NCBI RefSeq assembly: GCF_003945235.1
Contig: NZ_RSDW01000001.1
Location: forward strand, 1,830,001 to 1,862,000
Reading direction: 5' to 3'
From: Edaphobacter aggregans
GTDB lineage: Bacteria; Acidobacteriota; Terriglobia; Terriglobales; Acidobacteriaceae
Length of the DNA stretch: 32,000 nucleotides
A program made the position numbers and the translations under genes. The notes below the pieces were generated by a model, which saw nothing but the letters and a program-made list of their open reading frames with translations, was not told the DNA's origin and did not search any database. Each line of letters starts with the position of its first letter. Positions within the stretch are counted from its first letter, which is position 1. Positions 17,445 to 25,201 of this stretch are shown here, piece after piece.

Positions 17445-17942
17445 CTAACCCAGCATCAAAAGAGAGGCAGCCCCCGTGGCTGCCTCTCTTTTTTGACTTG
17501 TCGCTTTCTCAAAGCCTTCCCTTAATGCCACTAACACGCCAAACCCAACACAGACGAAGGGAAACATCATTCCGTACCCTTCCCACATGAGGAGATAAAA
17601 ACCGCTGTGGTCCGGAGTCGCAATGGCATTTCCACCAAGGTAGCGGTCACCAAAGAAAAATCCGATGTAGCACACCGCAACCGCTACCAGAATGCCATTC
17701 AAAAGAGCCCGGGCTGCCGTAACGCGATAGAGCGGTCGAATTATCCGGGCAAGCATATTCGTGAAAAGAGCCAACAAAAGGACCAGCCCGATTAGTTTAA
17801 AGCGAACGGAATTCGCCTTCGGCTCCCTGGTCATCGCTACCCACCCACTATCGTAGTAATAGAAAGTAAATAGCCCCAACAACACAGTGAACAAAATCCA
17901 ACTGGTAAGAACAAATCGCTTACTTGATCTATCCAAACGCAT
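17445..17942 (-). CDS. hypothetical integral membrane protein (4-5 predicted TM segments)
   Basis: Hydrophobic segment pattern and lower GC than neighbours. TAGAAT lies exactly 6 nt upstream of the ATG (17949-17954) with no SD. The C-terminal ~15 codons are read from the ftsH terminator hairpin. Confidence 0.5.
   Translation of the reverse strand: MRLDRSSKRFVLTSWILFTVLLGLFTFYYYDSGWVAMTREPKANSVRFKLIGLVLLLALFTNMLARIIRPLYRVTAARALLNGILVAVAVCYIGFFFGDRYLGGNAIATPDHSGFYLLMWEGYGMMFPFVCVGFGVLVALREGFEKATSQKREAATGAASLLMLG
17458..17495. terminator. intrinsic terminator after ftsH (symmetrical A/T tracts, potentially bidirectional)
   Basis: AAA-AGAGAGGCAGCC (17461-17472), loop CCCGT, GGCTGCCTCTCT (17478-17489), then TTTTT. 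Confidence 0.8.
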
Positions 17943-18049
17943 GGACGAATTCTAACCGGCTAGCGATCGCGTCCCTCTATCGTTCTTACTAAGAAGACTC
18001 CCCCCTCCTCATTTACCATCGGCAGACACACCCGAAAGGAACCCAAAAC

Positions 18050-18754
18050 ATGAAGCTACACGTTCACGAGTGGGGTACCGGCGACAAAACCGCCATCCTG
18101 ATCCACGGCCTCTTCGCCGACCACCAGAGCTGGTGGCGACTCGGCCCCGCCCTCGCCACCCGAGGCTACCGCGTCCTCGCCCCCGACCTGCGCGGACACG
18201 GCCTCAGCCCCCGAGGCCCCTACTCCCCCGAACACTGGGCCTCCGACCTCGTCGACTCTCTCCCCCATCACGCCGACCTCGCCATCGGACACTCCCTCGG
18301 AGGAATGTCGCTAGCCCTCGCCGCTGAACTCCTCCAGGTCAAAAGCGCAATCTACGTCGACCCCGCATGGAAGCTCACCCCGAGCCAGGAACTTACCTTC
18401 AAAGTCGAATGGTCCCCTGAACTCGACTGGACCGTCGAACAATGGCTCGAAGCCCATCCATTCTGGGCCGCCGGCGACATCACTGCCCGCCTCTCCTCCA
18501 TCAAAAACTTCGACCCCGCATGCATCGACGGCCTGCTCACCGGCAACGGCTACAACCACATGCCGCACAGAGTCACATGCCCCTCGCTGGCCCTGCTGGC
18601 CGACCCAAGCGCCTTCGTCAGCGAACAAGACGCGGCGCATCTCCAATCTATTGGAATGCAGGTCTGGGCCCTCCCCCACACCACCCACTCCATGCACCGC
18701 GAAGACTACGAGCTCTTCCTGACGTCCATAGATCACTGGCACAACCAACCCTGA
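18050..18754 (+). CDS. alpha/beta-fold hydrolase
   Basis: HGLFADHQSW (oxyanion region), GHSLGG nucleophile elbow, C-terminal HTTHSMH (catalytic His region). Confidence 0.8.
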   Translation: MKLHVHEWGTGDKTAILIHGLFADHQSWWRLGPALATRGYRVLAPDLRGHGLSPRGPYSPEHWASDLVDSLPHHADLAIGHSLGGMSLALAAELLQVKSAIYVDPAWKLTPSQELTFKVEWSPELDWTVEQWLEAHPFWAAGDITARLSSIKNFDPACIDGLLTGNGYNHMPHRVTCPSLALLADPSAFVSEQDAAHLQSIGMQVWALPHTTHSMHREDYELFLTSIDHWHNQP

Positions 18755-18911
18755 AACCATGCCGCCCACTAACCACATTAGCCACACATTTCACCATCAA
18801 CAAACCACCAAAAACCAATTCCTATAGCCCTTTTCCTCAGCAAAAACAAGGTTCCACCACGTCAGAAATTTTCAGACAAATTCCCACCAATGCGACAATA
18901 GAAAAAGCCGC

Positions 18912-19427
18912 ATGAACCTCCGCACCCTAACGCTCCTCCTACTTACCACCCTCACCGGATGCGGCTACCACCAAGCCGGCTCGGCCACCCACATCCCCGC
19001 GAACGTCCGCACCCTCGCCGTCCCCATCTTCGCCACCAAAGCCCAGGCCTACCGCACCGAAATGTCCTTCACCCAGGCCGTCATCCGCGAGCTCAACACC
19101 CGCACCCACTACACCGTCCTCAACACCGACTCCCCCGACGCCGACGCCACCCTCCGCGGCACCATCCTCTCGCAGACCGCCTCTCCCCTCACCTACGACG
19201 CCACCACCGGCCAAACCTCCAGCTACCTCGTCGCCATCACCGCCAAAGTCATCCTCACCGCCCACGACGGCCGCGTCCTCTACCAGAACGACTCCATCAC
19301 CTTCCGCGAACAATACCAATCCACGCAAGACCTCAGCGGCTTTATCCAGGAAGATTCCCCCGCCGTCCGTCGTGTCGCAAGAGACTTCGCCCAGGCCATC
19401 GTAAGCGATATGCTGGAGTCCTTCTAA
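18912..19427 (+). CDS. lptE: LPS-assembly lipoprotein LptE-like
   Basis: Lipobox LTGC, about 170 aa, with the LAVPIF...T and FAQAIVSDM regions as in the LptE/RlpB family. Its stop overlaps the holA start (TAATG), the conserved lptE-holA arrangement. Confidence 0.7.
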   Translation: MNLRTLTLLLLTTLTGCGYHQAGSATHIPANVRTLAVPIFATKAQAYRTEMSFTQAVIRELNTRTHYTVLNTDSPDADATLRGTILSQTASPLTYDATTGQTSSYLVAITAKVILTAHDGRVLYQNDSITFREQYQSTQDLSGFIQEDSPAVRRVARDFAQAIVSDMLESF

Positions 19428-20719
19428 TGCCCTCACTCCGCAGCTTCGCCGCAACCGACCGCTTCATCACCGAAATCGCCGACCCCGCGACCCTTCGTCC
19501 CGGCTACGTCCTCATCGGCGACGAAATATTCCTCTACGACCGCTGCCGCCGCGCCGTCCTCTCCACCCTCATCCCTCCCGACACCCGCGACTTCTCCCTC
19601 CACGACATCGACCTCGCCGAGACCAGCATCTTCGAGGCCCTCGACCGCGCCCAGACCCCATCCCTCATGGCGCCCTTCCAGGTCCTCTTCCTCCGCAACC
19701 TCAAAACCCTCTACGGCCGCGGCAGCAAAAAAGAAGAATTCGCCGCCATCGACACCTACTTCCGCTCCCCCAACCCGCAAGCCCTCATCCTCTTCGTAGC
19801 CGACCATCTCCGCATCCCCACCGACCTCCGCAAGATGGACTACCAGGACAAGGAGCGCTTCGAGCGTATCCGCGAGACCCTCGGCGACTGGTGCGGCATC
19901 ATCGAACTCGCCCGCGTCGACGAATCCGACGCCATCAAATGGGTCACCACCACCGCCGAATCCCGCAACATCCGCTTCGACCCCGACGCCGCCCGCGAGC
20001 TAGTCGACTCCCTCGGCGCCGACATGATGCTCATCTCCAGCGAATTCGAAAAGCTCCTCCTCTACGTCTCCGCCCCCGCACCAGCTGCCCCCAATAACGC
20101 CGTCATCCTGAGCGGAGCGCACAGCGCGCAGCCGAAGGACCCCGAGGAATCAAATAGTGCCACAGCCCTCCCTTCCTTTCAGCCACCAGTTTCAACCGAA
20201 GCGCCCCAAACTCCGCCCCTTGCACGCAATCGAGTCACCCTCGGCGACGTAGAAACCATGGTCCTCGCCGCCAAGCAGCGCAGCCTCTACGAGCTCACCG
20301 ACGCCATCTCCGCGAAGGACCGCCCCCGAGCACTCCTCCTCCTCCACGGCCTCCTCAACGCCTCCGACGGCGGCGAAGACGCAGCCATCGGCCACCTCTA
20401 CATGCTCGCCCGCACCTTCCGCCAGATGCTCATCATCTCCGAAAAAAACGTCCGCGACCCTCGAGCCATCTGGCAGGTCCTCTGGCAAGGCTTCCGCATG
20501 CCCCCCTTCGCCGCCGAAGACCTCATCAAGCAAGCCCGCCGCTACAAATCTCGCCGCGAACTCACCCGAGCCATCCGCCTGGTAGCCCGCGCCGACCTCG
20601 AACTACGCAGCAGCCCCGCCAACAAACTCCTCGTCCTCGAGCGCCTAATCCTTGACCTCTCCACCGAGCCCAAACCAACCCTCTACAAACCCTCCCACCA
20701 ATTCGCCATGGAACTCTGA
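19427..20719 (+). CDS. holA: DNA polymerase III subunit delta, with an insertion of about 54 aa
   Basis: YVLIGDEIFL, SLMAPFQVLFLRN, EFEKLLLYV, then VTLGDVETMV..SLYELTDAISAKDRPRALLLLHGLL. Real start is ATG 19427. The ORF-track N-terminus (18959) is another frame of lptE fused in. Confidence 0.85.
   Translation: MPSLRSFAATDRFITEIADPATLRPGYVLIGDEIFLYDRCRRAVLSTLIPPDTRDFSLHDIDLAETSIFEALDRAQTPSLMAPFQVLFLRNLKTLYGRGSKKEEFAAIDTYFRSPNPQALILFVADHLRIPTDLRKMDYQDKERFERIRETLGDWCGIIELARVDESDAIKWVTTTAESRNIRFDPDAARELVDSLGADMMLISSEFEKLLLYVSAPAPAAPNNAVILSGAHSAQPKDPEESNSATALPSFQPPVSTEAPQTPPLARNRVTLGDVETMVLAAKQRSLYELTDAISAKDRPRALLLLHGLLNASDGGEDAAIGHLYMLARTFRQMLIISEKNVRDPRAIWQVLWQGFRMPPFAAEDLIKQARRYKSRRELTRAIRLVARADLELRSSPANKLLVLERLILDLSTEPKPTLYKPSHQFAMEL
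20645..20675 (+). repeat. direct repeat X1 (inside the holA 3' coding end)
   Basis: CTAATCCTTGACCTCTCCACCGAGCCCAAAC is 28/31 identical to 23406-23436. Confidence 0.8.
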
Positions 20720-20744
20720 GATCACGTACTGATAACGAGGAAAA

Positions 20745-21836
20745 GTGAGAACGTCAGCGCTTTTAGCTCTTCTTACGCCCTGCCTATGGTCCTTTGCAGC
20801 AACGGCGCAGGTATTACAACATTCGATTGACCTGACAAAACAGGGGTTGCGATCACCTGCAACGCTTCGTAACAGTGAGTTCGAAGGCGCAGAAACGAGT
20901 CATCTTGCGATAGATAGTCGTGGAGTTGTCTATGTCGGTTTTCCGGCTGATGATTCATCCGGACTGTTGCGAAAAGGTGTTGGCACTGGCGTTTATCGCG
21001 TACTTGGAATCACGGCCGGAGGAAAGATTGTACGGCACCTCGATTATTCGATGCAGTCGCCGTACCGAGTAGGCATCAATCTGAATGCCTCAGATGAGCT
21101 TCTCGTCACCTCCAACTATGCGATAAGACTTGTGGATGCAGAGGGAAACATTAAGAGTTCGTTTGCTTTGACAAGCTATGAGCACAACACAGTTGCCGCA
21201 TGGGGGGTTAGCTCATCTTCCTCCGGCAAGACTCTCTTGACGAGTCCGGACGGCTTTCGCGAATTTACCTTTCTTTCCGCTGAGAATCTGTCGATCATTG
21301 CCCACTGCAGCGGCAATCGGCAAGAGAACATACCGCGCAGTTTCAACGAAGAAACCGAGGTCGCAACCAGCGGCGGTGTTGAACACTACATCTACCACGC
21401 CGAACTTTGCGGAAAGACACAGCTCTACCACTACTCTGACGAAACGTATGTAGTTCCGATCCTCCTTACAAATGGGGGTACGTTGGAACTCGACGAGTCA
21501 ATGCTTAGACTGCGCGCGATCAGCGGCGATCTACTATGGAGATCTGATCTCCCGGAACACCACCGGCCGGTATTCAATTTTCAAAATGAAGCAGCAGCAT
21601 TAACTCGAAGCAACAACCGCTTCGCTGTTGTGATGGCAGAGTGGTCGGCAGGAATTGCCACACTGGATGTCTCTCAAAAACTGAAGTCAGAAACCATTCA
21701 GGTGTATGACACGTTGAGCGGTGAGCTTATGGCGACCTTACCCCTCAAAAAGCTCGGTTGTGAATTCGCACTCAACCAAGATGGCACTGAAGTGGCCATT
21801 CTGTGCGGTAGTTCTCTGGAGATTTGGAAATTGTGA
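20745..21836 (+). CDS. hypothetical secreted protein, possibly beta-propeller-like; low GC (about 50% by eye)
   Basis: GTG start behind GAGGAAAA. Signal peptide MRTSALLALLTPCLWSFAATAQ. Beta-strand-rich repeats end in ...VAILCGSSLEIWKL. I recognise no family. Confidence 0.6.
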   Translation: MRTSALLALLTPCLWSFAATAQVLQHSIDLTKQGLRSPATLRNSEFEGAETSHLAIDSRGVVYVGFPADDSSGLLRKGVGTGVYRVLGITAGGKIVRHLDYSMQSPYRVGINLNASDELLVTSNYAIRLVDAEGNIKSSFALTSYEHNTVAAWGVSSSSSGKTLLTSPDGFREFTFLSAENLSIIAHCSGNRQENIPRSFNEETEVATSGGVEHYIYHAELCGKTQLYHYSDETYVVPILLTNGGTLELDESMLRLRAISGDLLWRSDLPEHHRPVFNFQNEAAALTRSNNRFAVVMAEWSAGIATLDVSQKLKSETIQVYDTLSGELMATLPLKKLGCEFALNQDGTEVAILCGSSLEIWKL

Positions 21837-21884
21837 GGCTGCCAGGTGCTGGGTGCGCCCCCACATTGATTCTGACGTGTGGTA

Positions 21885-21908
21885 CATCGTCCGAAGAACG
21901 ACCGCACT
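21885..21908 (+). repeat. 24-nt repeat Y1
   Basis: CATCGTCCGAAGAACGACCGCACT is 22/24 identical to 23377-23400. Confidence 0.7.
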
Positions 21909-21915
21909 CTTCAAC

Positions 21916-22374
21916 CTACTCCGTAATCACCCGATCAGCCCACTCAACCAACGAAACAAATATCGTCGGATTCCCAAACTTCGCTCCATAGTTATTCAGA
22001 TCCGCCTCAGTCACTCCCCTGGCACGCGAGCACGCGCCACAAGCGTAGATCTGCATATGCTTCGCGGCGAGCTTATCCAACGTCTCTCCCACAGGTGGCC
22101 ACCCAACCGGAGTAACCGCATTAGCGAGCGTCTTCCGCATCAGCCCAACCGCCTCTCCCAGCAGAAAAATCTGCACTTCATGCCCCGCCTCCACAAGCGC
22201 CAGCCCGTGCAGAAAAGGAAACGCCGCCTTGGTCGGATCATCCGAGCCCCACGCGCTCTTCATCATGATTTTGAGCGGCTTGTGCATCGCCTGTCCCTGG
22301 ACAAAACCTCCAGCCATCGCCACAGGTACAGCCGCCAATTGCGCAAGACGCGAAAAGAATTGTCTACGTACCAT
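21916..22374 (-). CDS. DsrE/DsrF-like family protein with a twin-arginine signal
   Basis: MVRRQFFSRLAQLAAVPVAMAGG (Tat-like). DsrE-fold pattern KIMMKSAWGSDDP...FLLGEAV...IYACGACSRARGV. Strong SD AAGGAGAGG. Confidence 0.65.
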   Translation of the reverse strand: MVRRQFFSRLAQLAAVPVAMAGGFVQGQAMHKPLKIMMKSAWGSDDPTKAAFPFLHGLALVEAGHEVQIFLLGEAVGLMRKTLANAVTPVGWPPVGETLDKLAAKHMQIYACGACSRARGVTEADLNNYGAKFGNPTIFVSLVEWADRVITE

Positions 22375-22421
22375 AAGCCTCTCCTTTTGGATGGAAAGAG
22401 CTTACGCTCACGCTCGATAGA

Positions 22422-22443
22422 TCGAAATCAATATTTGATTCGA
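22422..22443. promoter_or_regulatory. AT-rich imperfect palindrome TCGAAATCAA-TAT-TTGATTCGA in the divergent DsrE-like / TIGR03435 intergenic region (possible operator)
   Basis: AATCAA (22426-22431) / TTGATT (22435-22440) are perfect arms. The outer TCG/CGA pairs require a 1-nt offset. Confidence 0.25.
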
Positions 22444-22625
22444 AGATGCCGGGTGCCCCATGCATCGATTTTGATGTGTGGGCATCGTGTAAGGCACGAC
22501 CCGACTCCAACCCACTGGCGCCCATTATCATCTCTCCAACCACATGCCGGAGCTACCCAACATCACCGCCTACTCTCCGCTCTGAGGCTCAACACTTCTA
22601 TACTGAACGCAGCTACCCTAACGCC

Positions 22626-23375
22626 ATGGCTCTACTGAAACTCCTGCTACCCTTATTCCTCGCGACTCAGCTAGCCCACGCGCAGACGTCTACCCCATCC
22701 TTCGAAGTAGCCACCATCAAGCCCGCTGCTCCCTCTCCCGACGGCCATACCCACATCAACTACCCACCAGACGGCCGCTTCAGCGCCATCAACATCACAC
22801 TTCGCGCGCTTATGCAGTGGGCTTACGCCATGCCCGAAAAGCAGATTCTTGACGGACCGGCTTGGCTTGCCACCACTCGCTTCGATATCCAGGCTAAAGT
22901 AGACGACGACCAAATCAAGCCTTTCACACCGGATCCAAACCACGAAATCATGCGCCACATGGTCCAGGCCCTACTTGCCGACCGCTTCCTCCTTAAACTT
23001 CATCAGGAAACACGCACCATGCCAGCCTACGATCTCATCTTTGCTAAAGGCGGTTCGAAGCTCCAACCCACTCAATCCAACGGAAAAACCATTAGTAGCG
23101 GCCGCACATATTTCAACGGCCAGGGCCTTACCACAACCATCATCGCCCAAGAGCTCTCCCAAATCACCGGCCGTATCGTCGTCGATAAAACCAACCTCAC
23201 CGACCGCTACGACCTCAAGCTCCAGTGGACCCCCGACGACGCTCCCGTCACCGACAACTCCGCTCCATCCCTCTTCACCGCCATCCAGGAGCAGCTCGGC
23301 CTCAAGCTCGAACCCACCAAAGAACCCGTCCCCGTGCTCGTCATCGACCAACTAGACCCACCCACCCCCAACTAG
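22626..23375 (+). CDS. TIGR03435-family (soil/Solibacter-type) protein, secreted
   Basis: PSFEVATIKP, RFSAINITLRALMQWAY, ILDGPAWL...RFDIQAK, DRFLLKLHQETR, DKTNLTDRYDLKLQW, SLFTAIQEQLGLKLEP, VLVIDQLDPPTPN. Start at ATG 22626 (signal peptide MALLKLLLPLFLATQLAHA). Confidence 0.85.
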   Translation: MALLKLLLPLFLATQLAHAQTSTPSFEVATIKPAAPSPDGHTHINYPPDGRFSAINITLRALMQWAYAMPEKQILDGPAWLATTRFDIQAKVDDDQIKPFTPDPNHEIMRHMVQALLADRFLLKLHQETRTMPAYDLIFAKGGSKLQPTQSNGKTISSGRTYFNGQGLTTTIIAQELSQITGRIVVDKTNLTDRYDLKLQWTPDDAPVTDNSAPSLFTAIQEQLGLKLEPTKEPVPVLVIDQLDPPTPN

Positions 23376-23376
23376 G

Positions 23377-23400
23377 CATCGTACGAAGCACGACCGCACT
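23377..23400 (+). repeat. 24-nt repeat Y2
   Basis: CATCGTACGAAGCACGACCGCACT. Starts 2 nt after the TIGR03435 stop and ends 5 nt before X2. Confidence 0.7.
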
Positions 23401-23405
23401 GAGGG

Positions 23406-23436
23406 CTAATCCTCGATCTCTCCACCGAACCCAAAC
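23406..23436 (+). repeat. direct repeat X2: displaced copy of the holA 3' end, now intergenic
   Basis: CTAATCCTCGATCTCTCCACCGAACCCAAAC. Its three differences from X1 are all synonymous third positions in the holA frame. It is preceded by an in-frame TGA. Confidence 0.8.
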
Positions 23437-23512
23437 ACACTCAATCAGGCACCCGTTTGTCTATGATGGACAAGCGTACCGATGTCAGGCTTGATGCCCA
23501 CAAGGTGATCCC

Positions 23513-24064
23513 ATGGTCCACTCACAGGCTGACGTTAGCGTCGACCCTTGCCAGGTTTTAGTGGAAAGTTATGCCGTAAACGAGCGAATGAATCAGATTG
23601 TCCTCGAGCATCTCGATTCCGCTGCATGGCGCGCTAAACTGCCGGGAAGTAAAGGACGGACTATCGCCGCCATCATCACGCACGTCCACAACATCCGTCG
23701 CAAATGGCTAAGGCTATCCGCCCCTCATCTAAAACTCCCTGCCCCGCTCAACCGCACCAACTGCACACAGAAGCAGGCCCGGGCCGCTCTTCTTGAAAGC
23801 GCCGCACGCTGCTCCGAGATGCTTGCGGACGCGCTGTCTCAGCCGCAGAGCCGGGTCGAAACCTTTCGCCGCGACGGTTGGGCGAAACCATGGCCCGCAG
23901 GCGCAGCCATGTTTGCCTACATGATTTCGCACGACGCGCATCATCGCGGCCAGGTGTGTATGCTGGCCCATCAACTCGGATTCCCGCTGCCGACCAAGGC
24001 CACCGCTGGAATCTGGGGTTGGGAAAAGCTATGGAAGGAGTGCGGATTCACTCATCCACGATAA
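23513..24064 (+). CDS. DinB-family protein
   Basis: Four-helix DinB pattern with metal-binding His residues (ITHVHNIRRKW ... MISHDAHHRGQVCMLAHQLGFPLP). SD AAGGTGA. Confidence 0.8.
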   Translation: MVHSQADVSVDPCQVLVESYAVNERMNQIVLEHLDSAAWRAKLPGSKGRTIAAIITHVHNIRRKWLRLSAPHLKLPAPLNRTNCTQKQARAALLESAARCSEMLADALSQPQSRVETFRRDGWAKPWPAGAAMFAYMISHDAHHRGQVCMLAHQLGFPLPTKATAGIWGWEKLWKECGFTHPR

Positions 24065-24106
24065 AAAGTGGGCTACGCTGTTAGGCTCGTCAACGAAGCC
24101 AACCAC

Positions 24107-25006
24107 ATGCCAGAGCTACCCGACATCACGGCCTATCTCTCCGCACTCGAGTCGCGCATCGTAGGCCAGCCGCTCACCCATATCCGCATAGCCAGCCCGT
24201 TTCTCCTTCGCACCGTGCAACCGCTCATCGAAGAGATCGAAACCCACACCGTCCGCAGCCTCCATCGCATCGGCAAACGCATCGCCCTCGAATTCGACAA
24301 CGGCCTCTGGCTCGTCCTTCACCTTATGATCGCCGGCCGCCTCCACTGGCGCCCCCTCGGAGCCAAACTCGGCGGCCGAAACAACCTCGCCGCCTTCGAC
24401 TTCCCCAACGGCTCACTCGTCCTCACCGAAGCCGGCTCCAAACGCCGAGCATCCCTCCATCTCTTCCCCAACGAAGCCGCCACCAAAGTGATCGACCCCG
24501 GCGGAATCGACGTCTTCGCCGCCACCTTCGATGACTTCCGCGCCGCCCTCACCGCCGAAAACCGCACCCTCAAGCGAGCCCTCACCGACCCACGCATCCT
24601 CTCCGGCATCGGCAACGCCTACTCCGACGAGATCCTCCACGCAGCCAAGCTCTCCCCCATCCTCCAAACCCACAAGCTCACTCCAACCCAGTGGCAGAGT
24701 CTCTACGCCGCCACCCGCGACACCCTCCAACTCTGGATCGACCGCCTCAACGCCGAAGCTACCCAATCCTTCCCCGAAAAAGTCACAGCCTTTCGCCCAG
24801 ACATGGCCGTCCACGGACGCTTCGGCCAGCCCTGCCCCACCTGCGGCAAACCCATCCAGCGCATCCGCTACGCCGATAACGAAACCAACTACTGCGCCCA
24901 ATGCCAGACCAGCGGCAAAGTGCTCGCAGACCGTAGCTTATCGCGGCTCCTCGGCGCAGACTGGCCCCGCACCCTCGACGAACTCGAAGCCTTAAAAAGA
25001 AGGTAA
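24107..25006 (+). CDS. Fpg/Nei-family DNA glycosylase / AP lyase
   Basis: N-terminus MPELPDI (catalytic Pro2, Glu3), H2TH region [19 protein letters not shown]-terminal zinc finger [25 protein letters not shown]. Start fixed at 24107 by the Pro2 requirement. Confidence 0.88.
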   Translation: MPELPDITAYLSALESRIVGQPLTHIRIASPFLLRTVQPLIEEIETHTVRSLHRIGKRIALEFDNGLWLVLHLMIAGRLHWRPLGAKLGGRNNLAAFDFPNGSLVLTEAGSKRRASLHLFPNEAATKVIDPGGIDVFAATFDDFRAALTAENRTLKRALTDPRILSGIGNAYSDEILHAAKLSPILQTHKLTPTQWQSLYAATRDTLQLWIDRLNAEATQSFPEKVTAFRPDMAVHGRFGQPCPTCGKPIQRIRYADNETNYCAQCQTSGKVLADRSLSRLLGADWPRTLDELEALKRR

Positions 25007-25201
25007 GAATCAGATCGACGGCCCGCTGGCACTCCCCAAATCCACACGTGGCGGAGACAAAATCGAGACAAAAAGAAGACAACCATTTGACAGCAGCGCA
25101 ACACCAGCCATGGTGCCCCATGTATATACTTCGTTCACCTTTACTCGGGCCCCGCACGAAATAGAAATTCCGGCGATCTTGCCAACCTGAGGAGCCTCCC
25201 C

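Noticed and set aside
18959-19426. N-terminal 156 codons of the 586-aa ORF that merges into holA
   Set aside because: This part is an off-frame reading of lptE (Pro/Arg/His-rich). Recognisable HolA sequence starts at the ATG overlapping the lptE stop (19427).
22446-22625. 60-codon N-terminal extension of the TIGR03435 ORF
   Set aside because: The extension has no signal peptide and an odd composition. The Met at 22626 gives a canonical signal peptide directly followed by the family's PSFEVATIKP start.
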